A stretch of DNA of 64,000 nt from an uncultured Desulfospira sp. (GTDB taxonomy: Bacteria > Desulfobacterota > Desulfobacteria > Desulfobacterales > Desulfobacteraceae): the NCBI GenBank assembly GCA_963663165.1, contig OY760175.1:1856001-1920000 (forward strand). The letters are read 5' to 3'. A program made the position numbers and the translations under genes. A model generated the notes under the pieces. That model saw only the letters and a program-made list of their open reading frames with translations. It was not told the DNA's origin and ran no database searches. The first letter of the stretch is position 1, and every line of letters begins with the position of its first letter. Positions 21,487-30,895 of this stretch are shown in pieces.

Positions 21487-22145
21487 AGGCAGATTTTATC
21501 AGTGACAAACGAAGGGTATCATACCTGAGCGCCACTTATAGCCGGATCTACCGGGGCCGGAGCGTACTCATTGAGGGAGATTTTGGAGCGGGAAAAACCA
21601 GGTTTTTAAAACTGCTTCGTCCCAAAAAACTTCATGCCGTATGGGTAGAGTCCCTGTTCAACATACACGAAACCCTGGCATCCATACTCAAAGAATTGAA
21701 CTATGACACCACAGCCACATATCGCAGAACTCCCCAGTACCTGAAAATGATCTGCAACCTGTCCAACTGCTTTATTATTATTGATGAGGCCAATGATCTG
21801 GATACCAGGGTCTGGCCATATCTTAAGCGGATCATTGATGCCGGTGTTCCTATTGTTTTTGCAGGGCTTCCAAAGGTCAGGACCTATTTGATTCGCAATC
21901 ACCCTGATATCCTCAGCCGGTTGAAAACCCTGATTTTATATCCCATAGAGGTTGAGGGCTTTATCGAACAATATAAAGATATCCAGCAGGAAGCCGTTGA
22001 GCAAATTTATATGGCGGTCAAAGGCGACATGCGTAAATTTAAAGAAATCTGTACTGACTGCCGGGACAAGGCAAAGGAATTGAACCACCAATTTGTTGAC
22101 ATTAATCTTGCCCTGGAGTTTATATCTGACCTTCCTCCCCAGTAA
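21483..22145 (+). CDS. AAA+ ATPase, transposition helper (T1)
   Basis: Walker A GDFGAGKT, Walker B IIIDEA, SRL arginine finger. Confidence 0.88.
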   Translation: MKADFISDKRRVSYLSATYSRIYRGRSVLIEGDFGAGKTRFLKLLRPKKLHAVWVESLFNIHETLASILKELNYDTTATYRRTPQYLKMICNLSNCFIIIDEANDLDTRVWPYLKRIIDAGVPIVFAGLPKVRTYLIRNHPDILSRLKTLILYPIEVEGFIEQYKDIQQEAVEQIYMAVKGDMRKFKEICTDCRDKAKELNHQFVDINLALEFISDLPPQ

Positions 22146-23647
22146 TCCCTGAAAAGTAGATCCGTAAAAACAGGCCACTTCTGATTTAACCGGAAGATGG
22201 CCTGTTTATATTTTGACCTTAATTGATTAACGCAATTTTTCGCCTGGATATACCTGTGAAAATCAGGGAACCACAGATTGTTTTTGAATCTTTTTTGAAC
22301 CGTTACATTAATTTGCAACTTTCAATATTTTTGACTGCCAACCTAACCTACTAAATTTATATGAAAAACCATTTCTTTTTTGAAATAATGAACGAAAAAA
22401 AATCCGTTACATTATTTGAATGTGAGCAATTGGAACGTCATGAAAGGGTATCATGCCTTGATGCGCCTGGGCCATATGTTTAACGTTTTGGCCAGATACT
22501 CGCAGCGGCTTGCCAGGATTATTGAAGATACCGGCGCACGGGGCCTGATTCGTTTAGTCCGGGATACCATGTCCGGCCCGTGGCTGGATTACATGTGGCT
22601 GGAAGATCGTCTGTCCACTCCCTTTCAACTCCGATTAGTATGACGGCAACGACGGACGGGTAATCGAAAACACTCTCCCAAGCAGAGAGGTGGGAACGCT
22701 ATGTTCGGACCGAAGGACCGTCTTTCGTTTCGGCCATAGTCAGTGTCTGAAGGACTGCCTTTTTGAATTAAAAAAGGCTGGATCTCCCCCCAAAGGGAGT
22801 GGTTAGATCGACTAAAGCCAACCTTTTTTTATTCATGCGTCAGCACTGTCAAAAAACATACGTCCTTTGAAAATGCCTCTGGATGTGCATGCCGTGTGCT
22901 TCTCTAACAACCTTTGCGATACTCATCTACAGTCTTTTAACAGTATAAACTGCTGATGGGCGCACCAGCTATTGCCGTCATTTGCTTTCCCATCCTCAAA
23001 GATTCTCCAGACTCTCTCGCAAAGAAACACCTGCCCGGGTGTGCCTGTAGCCACACCCGCCGGACGTCAGCTCCCTTTCGGGCCGGGTGATGTTGGGATG
23101 TTCTCCTCAACCCGTATCCACCTTATTACAAGATTGGCCTTCGCTTTTTCCTGCATCTTACTCCCGCACCCCCATCTGTGTGCCTTACGGTTTCACCTGC
23201 CGAATGTCCCCGGCGAGGATACGGGGTTTCCACGTTCCACATTATTGCCAATTAATGGATGACTTAGGCCTGCCCACTGCACCGGCGGCGCAACATCTCC
23301 GTGCAGGCAGTTGAGAAACCTGCATCCTGACCGCTAACCTTTTGGTCCAAGCTTATCAGCCTCTTTAGCTTGTTCTCCCTGACGACGCTTGAAGAACATT
23401 CAATTAATTTGACCATATCATCCAAACCCTTGCCCTCACCCGGAATGAGGCTTCCAGGAGGGTATCCGCCTCACGGCTTCCACCCCTTCCGCAATTGCGG
23501 AATTCGGTACGTTGTCGGTTGGGCTTCACACCGTTGCCGGATGCACCGGGAACCGCATGCCACCTAGGGTACCGGCAGGAGAATGCCCGGGTTTGGTCAG
23601 GACCGACAGGCCCGCCAAACAGCCAATAATGCGACCTCGTGTCGCAC

Positions 23648-23774
23648 CCGAACGGGGAGCTCAGCCGACCGGGGCATACAGCCGAGCAGATTGTCGAAGC
23701 CAAGTTTTTTCGAAAACCAAGGACTTTCGAAAAGCCGCTATCCCCCCCGGGTCGGCTGCAGCGTTTTGTTCTCT
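23648..23774 (-). other. attC site 4
   Basis: R'' AGAGAAC; CAGCCGACC/GGTCGGCTG arms; R' GTTCGG^intron. Confidence 0.88.
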
Positions 23775-23805
23775 TTATATTCTTGAATGGTTACCCCGGC
23801 CCCTT

Positions 23806-24105
23806 TTAAGCAGTGACCGCTTGCAGGGGGATAATTTCATTCTCGATTTTTGCCACATTTTGTTTGGCCATTTTAAGATCATAACTGACTTGCAGGTTCA
23901 TCCAAAATTGGGGGGTGGTGTTGAAGTATCGAGCCAGCCTGAGGGCAGTATCAATGCTGATTCCTCTCTTTTGTCTTATCACATCGTTGATCCGAGGGGC
24001 TGGCACACGCAAGGCAATAGCCAGAGCATTAGCACTCATATTTAATGGTTCTAAATATTCTTCTTTGATTATTTCTCCAGGATGAATTGGTCGCATATTA
24101 TTCAT
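23806..24105 (-). CDS. higA: HigA antitoxin
   Basis: HPGEII...TALRLARYF...FWMNLQ. Confidence 0.93.
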   Translation of the reverse strand: MNNMRPIHPGEIIKEEYLEPLNMSANALAIALRVPAPRINDVIRQKRGISIDTALRLARYFNTTPQFWMNLQVSYDLKMAKQNVAKIENEIIPLQAVTA

Positions 24106-24117
24106 AATCGGTTCCTC

Positions 24118-24393
24118 CTAATGGTAGTCTGTTATTTCTACATCGTATGGTTCATCAGACCACGAAAAGCACACACGCCATTGCTTATTTATTCTTATGC
24201 TGTACTGTCCCTGTCTATCGCCTCCCAATTTTTCAAATCGATTACCGGGAGGGGACCGTAAATCAAGCAACTCGACCGCGCTATCAAGTATTTGGAGTTT
24301 ACGTTCTGCTTGCGCTTGAAAAGATCTAAATGGCTTGGGGCTGTTTCCTTCATAAAGTGCTTGTGTATGCTTGCATTTAAAATTTTTTATCAT
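24118..24393 (-). CDS. higB: HigB toxin
   Basis: DLRSPPGNRFEKLGGDRQGQYSIRINKQWR. Confidence 0.93.
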   Translation of the reverse strand: MIKNFKCKHTQALYEGNSPKPFRSFQAQAERKLQILDSAVELLDLRSPPGNRFEKLGGDRQGQYSIRINKQWRVCFSWSDEPYDVEITDYH

Positions 24394-24843
24394 AGTTAAA
24401 ACTATAACGCCATGTGTTAAATGTCAAGCGTGTGTTTTTAAGAAATCGGGTAGCCGGGGGTAGTTATCTACCCCAGGCCCCCTCAGAACCGTACGTGACA
24501 GTTTCCCGTCATACGGCTCAAGCATTTCTAAGGCTAAGCCTTGCGGGGCCGCCCGGTTGTTTGAGCAATAATGAAATTTACAGTCATTTCATAGCATGCG
24601 TCCTTGGGCATCGGCCAGGAAGTACTGTTTTTTTCTATAACCGCAAATGACAGTTGGATTTTTTCAACCAACTGATTTTTAATTCAATTAATACAACTTG
24701 TTTCAATTTGCAAAGTATATGTTTTAGTCGTTGAATCGAAAAACTCTAAGATTCTGGGCGAAATGGATTATTTTTCCTGTTATTGCTTCGTAGTATATGA
24801 TATTATTTGGCACAAATATCATATACTACGAAGAGAGGTTGTC

Positions 24844-25509
24844 ATGCCTATTATCGACGTTCAAAAAATTGAATCGGCCAGATCAACGCTTAAAAAACAA
24901 AAAATTTTTACCCTCAAAAAGCTTGTTTCAATTCTGGATTGTTCCTCCAGAACTGCCCAAACAAAACTTAAACAGTGGAAGACCTACACAAGTTACAATC
25001 AAAACGGGAAGTATTATACTTTGCCTGAAATCCCTCAATTTGACGTTTATGGTATATGGCAATTTAAAAATGCCGCGTTCTCTAAGTATGGTAATCTAAA
25101 AAAAACCATTATCCATTTAGTGAACTCCTCATCTGAAGGGCTTACCGGCAGACAACTTGGTGAACTTCTTGGGTTATCACCACAATCCTTTGTGCATCAT
25201 TTCCGTAGTTGTCCGGGTATCTGTCGAGAAAAGCACGCTGGTGTCTATGTCTACTTCTCTGACAACATTTCAATATTTAAAAATCAAGTAAAACAAAGGA
25301 GTTCCCTTGTCCTCCGTCAAGCGGCTATTTCCATTTCTGACCAGGAAGCAGTCATGATTCTGGTTGCTATTATCAGGCATCATGGCATATCCGCAGAAGA
25401 CATTTTGGGCTTGCCGGAGATCAAAAAGAGCAAACTAAAGCCGGCTAATATCCAAGGATTTATGGAGTCTCATGAGTTGTTAAAAAAAATTCCGGATTCC
25501 AAGCATTAA
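24844..25509 (+). CDS. IS ORF1, HTH-like protein
   Basis: RBS GAGAGG; SYNQNGKYYTL; winged-HTH-like segments. Confidence 0.75.
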   Translation: MPIIDVQKIESARSTLKKQKIFTLKKLVSILDCSSRTAQTKLKQWKTYTSYNQNGKYYTLPEIPQFDVYGIWQFKNAAFSKYGNLKKTIIHLVNSSSEGLTGRQLGELLGLSPQSFVHHFRSCPGICREKHAGVYVYFSDNISIFKNQVKQRSSLVLRQAAISISDQEAVMILVAIIRHHGISAEDILGLPEIKKSKLKPANIQGFMESHELLKKIPDSKH

Positions 25510-25559
25510 AACTGCTCAAAAGCTTTATCTCCAAGCTGACTGGGTCCGTCCAAACTAGT

Positions 25560-27314
25560 GTGCTATTCTCAGCAAAGCCGACTTTGCATTTTTACCCGGA
25601 AATTTTAAAATGCCCTGATTGTAATTCTACACTCCATGTTCAGAAAACCGATACGAAGACCAGGGTCACCATGGACATCGGTGCCTATTTTGCCAAGGAA
25701 ACGGTATTGTATTGCCCCCACGGTCACGGAACGTTCAGGTCCGAACAGCTTCGAAACCTTGTACCCAGGGGCGGCACTTTCGGGTTTGATGTCATTGTGG
25801 AGGTGGGGTTTGCACTTTTTGTCCGTTGTCTCAGCAATCAGGAGGTCATGGCTGAATTGGCGATCAAGAATGTATTCATCTCTGAACGGGAGATCAGCTT
25901 TCTGGGCCGTAAGTTTATCATTTATCTTGCCCTGGCTCACCGACAGAGCCGGCCGGCTCTGCGAAAGTTCTTCACAAGCAGGGGAGGATATATCCTTCAT
26001 GTGGATGGAACTTGTGAAGATGATAGCCCCAATCTATTTTGCGGCCTTGACGGACTCTCAGAACTGGTCCTTGATACGGTAAAAATTTCTTCAGAGAAAA
26101 AAGATGAGCTCATCCCATTTTTCCGTAGCATCAAAGAGCAGTATGGTGAACCAAGGGCACTCGTACACGATATGGGTAAAGGGATTGTCAGTGCGGTGGA
26201 GGAAGTTTTCCCAGGGACACCCGATTTTATATGTCATTTTCATTTCCTGCGTGACATTGGCAAAGACCTGCTAGCTGATGAATATAGTTTTTTGCAGAAA
26301 CGGTTAAAGAAACTCAAGGTTCGACCTGCATTGAGGAGGCAGGCCAAGTATCTTGAGAAAAAAATTGATCCGGTCGGCAAGGATATTGATGAAATTATTG
26401 AGAGCCTTCAAAGTGGGAATTGGCAGGCAACTGATTTCGATCATATCCCCACGATTATGGCATATGCTTTAATCCATTGGATATTTGACTATCCAAATCA
26501 ATCCAACGGATATGGTTTCCCTTTTGACCGTCCATACCTTGATTTTTATCGACGTCTTCAAGATGTTCTCCGGTTGCTGGAACAAATCATGACCGTGAAC
26601 CTCAGTGAGGCAGCAAATTTAAACAGAGCCTTTTCCCAATTATATAAAGTAGTCATAAAAGTCGTAGAAGATAAGCGTCTTAATGATCTTGCCAAAAACA
26701 TGGAATCAAAGGCAGCCGTATTTGACAAGCTGCGTTGTGCTATGCGAATTGCCCTTCCTGATGGCAAAAATGGCATTAATGATAATGGCGATTCCATGAA
26801 CATGAAAAGTATTGAAGAAAAAGTGACTGAATTCAGGAACTGGCTCCTTGAGAATAAACACAGACAAAAAACCTATGCTAACATGGTGGCACAGATTGAC
26901 AAATACTGGGAAAAGCTCTTTGCCGACCCGATACCAGTCGTCACATCGGACGGAATTTTTACGGTCCAACCACAGAGGACGAATAACCTTCTGGAGAGAT
27001 TTTTCCGGGATGAAAAACGACGAGGTCGGAAAAAAACCGGCATGGGATCGCTGAACAAAATGCTAAAAGCGGTCCTTGCCGACACGCCGCTGGTGCAAAA
27101 TTTAAAAAACGACAAGTATATGGAGATTATTCTCAATGGATGTTCCAACCTGGCAGAAAGGTTTTCACAAATTGATGCTGATCTGGTACAAAAAGAGCTG
27201 ACCAAGGCGGCTGAAAACAATTGCAAAATATTCCCGGGGATCAAAAAAATGATAAGGGATACTGAATTAACGGTAAAAATCTCAACGCTGTTTTGTCCAG
27301 CAGATGCAAAATAA
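25560..27314 (+). CDS. MULE-like DDE transposase
   Basis: LHVDGT, LVHDMGKG, CHFH (CxxH), RTNNLLERFF. Confidence 0.85.
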   Translation: MLFSAKPTLHFYPEILKCPDCNSTLHVQKTDTKTRVTMDIGAYFAKETVLYCPHGHGTFRSEQLRNLVPRGGTFGFDVIVEVGFALFVRCLSNQEVMAELAIKNVFISEREISFLGRKFIIYLALAHRQSRPALRKFFTSRGGYILHVDGTCEDDSPNLFCGLDGLSELVLDTVKISSEKKDELIPFFRSIKEQYGEPRALVHDMGKGIVSAVEEVFPGTPDFICHFHFLRDIGKDLLADEYSFLQKRLKKLKVRPALRRQAKYLEKKIDPVGKDIDEIIESLQSGNWQATDFDHIPTIMAYALIHWIFDYPNQSNGYGFPFDRPYLDFYRRLQDVLRLLEQIMTVNLSEAANLNRAFSQLYKVVIKVVEDKRLNDLAKNMESKAAVFDKLRCAMRIALPDGKNGINDNGDSMNMKSIEEKVTEFRNWLLENKHRQKTYANMVAQIDKYWEKLFADPIPVVTSDGIFTVQPQRTNNLLERFFRDEKRRGRKKTGMGSLNKMLKAVLADTPLVQNLKNDKYMEIILNGCSNLAERFSQIDADLVQKELTKAAENNCKIFPGIKKMIRDTELTVKISTLFCPADAK

Positions 27315-28151
27315 ATACCAACCGTCATTTGCGGTCATAGGTTTTTTTTCCTGGTCAAAGACATACGTCCTTTGAAAATGCCTTGGATGTAAATGCCGTA
27401 CGCTCCTTTAACAACCTTTGCGATACGCATCTACAGTCTTTTAGCAGCATAAAGCTGCTGATGGGCGCACCAGCTAATGCCGTCATTTGCTTTCCCATCT
27501 TAAAAGATTCTCTAAACTCTCTCGCAAAGAAACACCTGCCCGGGTGTGTCTGTAGTCACACCCACCGGACGTCAGCTTCCTTTCGGACCGGGTAATATCG
27601 GGGTTTTCTCCTCAACCCGTATCCACCTCATTACGAGATGGCCTTCGCTTTTTTCCTGCATCTTACGCCCGCACCCCCATCAGTGTGCCTTGCGGTTTCA
27701 CCTGCCGAATGTTCCCGGCGAAGATACGGGGTTTCCACGTTCCACATTATTGCCGATTAATGGATGACTTAGGCCTGCCCACTGCACCGGCGGCGCAACA
27801 TCTCCGTGCAGGCAGTTCCGACACCTGCATCCTGACCGCTCACCTTTTGGTCCAAGCTTACCAGCCTCTTTAGCTTGTTCTCCCTGACGACGCTTAAGGA
27901 ACATTCAATTAATTTGACCATATCATCCAAACCCTCGCCCTCACCCGGATTGAGGCTTCCAGGAGGGTATCCGCCTCACGGCTTCCACCCCTTCCGCAAC
28001 TGCGGAATTCGGTACTTTGTCGGTTGGGCTTCACACCGTTGCCGGATGCACCGACCACCGCATGCCACCTAGGGTACCGGCAGGAGAATGCCGGGTTTGG
28101 TCAGGACCGACAGGCCTGCCAAACAGTCAATAATGCGACCTCGTGTCGCAC

Positions 28152-28280
28152 CACAACGGGGAGCTGAGGGGCCAGGCTTTTAAACCCAAAAAGCGCCAAT
28201 AAAAGTTTAAATTTCCCTGAACCAGGCACTCCCAAAAGGCCGCTCTGTAAGCCTGGTAACTCTCCAACGTTTTGTTCAAG
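28152..28280 (-). other. attC site 5
   Basis: R'' CTTGAAC; R' GTTGTG^intron. Confidence 0.88.
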
Positions 28281-28481
28281 TAAGCCGCTCCGCGGCAGGC
28301 GGCAGAATGAAAGCTTGACCCATAAGCACGGTTGCCATACTATTTGTGTATGAATCAATTCGCAATTTCTCTAACATTCAAAGCGTTTTCATTTTATCGA
28401 AAACCACAAGATATTGTAGTTTTGAACCCTTCCCCTTAACCTACATATTGTGTTTTATCACTCTTTTTCCAACCGCGGCTT
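28281..28481. promoter_or_regulatory. ORF-less cassette with overlapping sigma70-like promoters and two NrdR-box-like sites
   Basis: + TTGACC-N17-TACTAT (28315-28343); - TTGCGA-N17-TAGTAT; boxes at 28404-28419 and 28438-28453. Confidence 0.65.
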
Positions 28482-28548
28482 CTTGAACTAAAGGATTAGT
28501 ACCGAGCCTCGTTCCTCGGCACGGTTACTAATCCTTTATTTGTTCTCC
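28482..28548 (-). other. attC site 6 (67 bp)
   Basis: R'' GGAGAAC, R' GTTCAAG (matches site 5 R''); TAAAGGATTAGTA/TACTAATCCTTTA arms. Confidence 0.88.
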
Positions 28549-28831
28549 TTTTATTTTGATTTAAGATAACTTTTAAATCCCTATAATAATTCTCATGCGG
28601 TCCTATCATGATTAATTCAAGGTCATCGCCTACAAAACGATAAGAAAGCAGGTACTGAATAGTTTGTATTTTGAATTTATGAACAAAAACACCTCTTAAA
28701 TCTCCCTTTTTTTCTGTACCAATAGTTGGATTTTCAGCAATGTTTTTTACTTCGCTATCAAGTATCTCTTTTTCCTGCTTGGAAAATTTTTTAACCTTTC
28801 GTTCAAAAGATCGGGACTGAAAAATTTTCAT
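28496..28831 (-). CDS. RelE/ParE family toxin
   Basis: GTEKKGDLRGVFVHKF, GPHENYYRDLK; stop lies inside attC. Confidence 0.88.
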   Translation of the reverse strand: MKIFQSRSFERKVKKFSKQEKEILDSEVKNIAENPTIGTEKKGDLRGVFVHKFKIQTIQYLLSYRFVGDDLELIMIGPHENYYRDLKVILNQNKRRTNKGLVTVPRNEARY

Positions 28832-28837
28832 TTTTTG

Positions 28838-29056
28838 TTACTCAAATTTATATTCGGTTGTTTCTCCGTAGTCCAATTCAGCTATACCAATGAGAATTTC
28901 TTTTATAAGATCATAGGTTAAATCGGGATTTTCTTCAGCACATTTTCCAATCCGAGCCCAATGTTCAATTTGCCCAGTTAAAGATCGCTTATCGATTTTG
29001 CTGAATATTTTAGCTTCCCTAACTAATTCGTCAGTGATTCTTACTGCAGTTGTCAT
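28838..29056 (-). CDS. ParD-like antitoxin
   Basis: RSLTGQIEHWARIGKCAEENPDL. Confidence 0.88.
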   Translation of the reverse strand: MTTAVRITDELVREAKIFSKIDKRSLTGQIEHWARIGKCAEENPDLTYDLIKEILIGIAELDYGETTEYKFE

Positions 29057-29150
29057 GATATAATCCCCCATTTATTTTTCTTTTAAATATAATGGTTCGA
29101 ATTGCACTTTGCAACTTAAAATTGCACTTTGCGACATTGTGGGTTTTGAG

Positions 29151-30142
29151 ATCGGGTAGCCGGGGGTAGTTATCTACCCCAGGCCCCCTCAGAACCGTAC
29201 GTGACAGTTTCCCGTCATACGGCTCAAGCATTTCTAAGGCTAAGCCTTGCGGGGCCGCCCGGTTGTTTGAGCAATAATGAAATTTACAGTCATTTCATAG
29301 CATGCGTCCTTGGGCATCGGCCAGGAAGTACTGTTTTTTTTCCTGGTCAAAGACATACGTCCTTTGAAAATGCCTTGGATGTAAATGCCGTACGCTCCTT
29401 TAACAACCTTTGCGATACGCATCTACAGTCTTTTAGCAGCATAAAGCTGCTGATGGGCGCACCAGCTAATGCCGTCATTTGCTTTCCCATCTTAAAAGAT
29501 TCTCTAAACTCTCTCGCAAAGAAACACCTGCCCGGGTGTGTCTGTAGTCACACCCACCGGACGTCAGCTTCCTTTCGGACCGGGTAATATCGGGGTTTTC
29601 TCCTCAACCCGTATCCACCTCATTACGAGATGGCCTTCGCTTTTTTCCTGCATCTTACGCCCGCACCCCCATCAGTGTGCCTTGCGGTTTCACCTGCCGA
29701 ATGTTCCCGGCGAAGATACGGGGTTTCCACGTTCCACATTATTGCCGATTAATGGATGACTTAGGCCTGCCCACTGCACCGGCGGCGCAACATCTCCGTG
29801 CAGGCAGTTCCGACACCTGCATCCTGACCGCTCACCTTTTGGTCCAAGCTTACCAGCCTCTTTAGCTTGTTCTCCCTGACGACGCTTAAGGAACATTCAA
29901 TTAATTTGACCATATCATCCAAACCCTCGCCCTCACCCGGATTGAGGCTTCCAGGAGGGTATCCGCCTCACGGCTTCCACCCCTTCCGCAACTGCGGAAT
30001 TCGGTACTTTGTCGGTTGGGCTTCACACCGTTGCCGGATGCACCGACCACCGCATGCCACCTGGGTACCGGCAGGAGAATGCCGGGTTTGGTCAGGACCG
30101 ACAGGCCTGCCAAACAGCCAATAATGCGACCTCGTGTCGCAC
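29151..30142 (-). mobile_element. ORF-less group II intron I4 (992 bp, uninterrupted)
   Basis: GTGCGAC...ACCCGAT; only a short RT remnant in domain IV; 5' exon GTTCTCG matches R'' GGAGAAC. Confidence 0.92.
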
Positions 30143-30269
30143 CGAGAACGGGGAGCTGAGCCGACCGGGGCATACAGCCGAGCAGGTTGTCGAAGCCAAG
30201 TTTTTTCGAAAACCAGGAGCTTCCGAAAAGCCGCGAGCCCCCCGGGTCGGCTGCAGCGTTTTTTTGTGC
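30143..30269 (-). other. attC site 7 (R'' mutated to GCACAAA)
   Basis: Same family as site 4; AAC changed to AAA. Confidence 0.83.
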
Positions 30270-30274
30270 CAATA

Positions 30275-30604
30275 TTATTGACTGAGACGAGAACTGACGA
30301 GCCTATTTATACTTACCCCTGATTCTGCTGCTTGGATCGCCAAACTTCTATGAACTTCCGGTGGAACACGAACCATAAATTTACCACTATAATTTTTTGA
30401 AACGATTGGCTGTGGAATTCTTTCATCATTGTCTTTCATATCTTGAATGACCGATTCCACCGTTTTACGAATACCTTTTAATGCTGATTCAGGAGATTTG
30501 GCCAGCCAGCTTAAGCTTGGGAATTCCGCACATAAGCCGATATATTCTTCGTCTTCAGGAGACCAAGTAACCCTATATGTATAATGATCATTTAGTAGTG
30601 TCAC
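30275..30604 (-). CDS. hicB: HicB antitoxin
   Basis: YTYRVTWSPED...YSGKFMVRVPPEVHRSL. Confidence 0.9.
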   Translation of the reverse strand: MTLLNDHYTYRVTWSPEDEEYIGLCAEFPSLSWLAKSPESALKGIRKTVESVIQDMKDNDERIPQPIVSKNYSGKFMVRVPPEVHRSLAIQAAESGVSINRLVSSRLSQ

Positions 30605-30848
30605 TTTCTTCCTCCAATCTTTCAATAGCCTTGATCACTTGCTTAACTTGATAGGCTTTTGCTTTTCCTTTACTGTTTTGAATATTTACCCGAGGGTCAC
30701 CTTGCCATGGTGTTTTATATATTCGATGACTGCTACCAGATTGGCGAGCCTTTCCAAAATAATGTTCACAGACCCTGCATAAATCTGTAAATTTTACATT
30801 GGTTGGATTTTTATAAATCTCATTTAATAGCTTTTCAATTTGGCCCAT
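30588..30848 (-). CDS. hicA: HicA toxin
   Basis: GSSHRIYKTPWQGDPRVNIQ...AKAYQVKQ. Confidence 0.9.
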   Translation of the reverse strand: MGQIEKLLNEIYKNPTNVKFTDLCRVCEHYFGKARQSGSSHRIYKTPWQGDPRVNIQNSKGKAKAYQVKQVIKAIERLEEESDTTK

Positions 30849-30895
30849 GTTTATATGATACTAATATTGATACTATTGTCAACGGTGTTTTTAGG

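Larger units (their letters stand above)
18151..22428 (+). mobile_element. Transposon T1 copy 1 (4278 bp, TG..CA)
   Basis: Ends TGCTAAGATTCAAAAAATGTAACG / CGTTACATTATTTGAATGTGAGCA; 6-bp target duplication ATTGGA; second copy at 37124. Confidence 0.93.
16833..22643 (+). pseudogene. DDE transposase (ISAs1-like) interrupted by T1
   Basis: IEDPRNPKKIKH, IAIDGT, LLDGLYA, RWCIE; frame restored as YDW-NVMKGYH after removing T1. Confidence 0.85.
15788..22848 (+). mobile_element. ISAs1/ISNCY-like element with DUF4338 passenger (2.78 kb net)
   Basis: TIR CAGTGCTGACGCATGAA; 9-bp target duplication TCAAAAAAC. Confidence 0.88.
15580..23647 (-). mobile_element. ORF-less group II intron I2 (~1.0 kb net), carrying nested ISAs1-like element and transposon T1
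   Basis: GTGCGAC/ACCCGAT ends; inserted at GTTCGG^C, matching R'' GCCGAAC of its cassette. Confidence 0.9.
24635..27340 (+). mobile_element. Two-ORF Mutator/IS256-superfamily-like IS
   Basis: TIR CTAT(A/G)ACCGCAAATGAC; 8-bp target duplication GTTTTTTT. Confidence 0.87.
24445..28151 (-). mobile_element. ORF-less group II intron I3 (~0.99 kb net) interrupted by Mutator-like IS
   Basis: GTGCGAC/ACCCGAT ends; 5' exon GTTGTG; near-identical to I4. Confidence 0.9.

Noticed and set aside
24445..30142. Cassette insertion by homologous recombination between I3 and I4
   Set aside because: A second attC at 28482-28548 explains the R'/R'' matches without recombination
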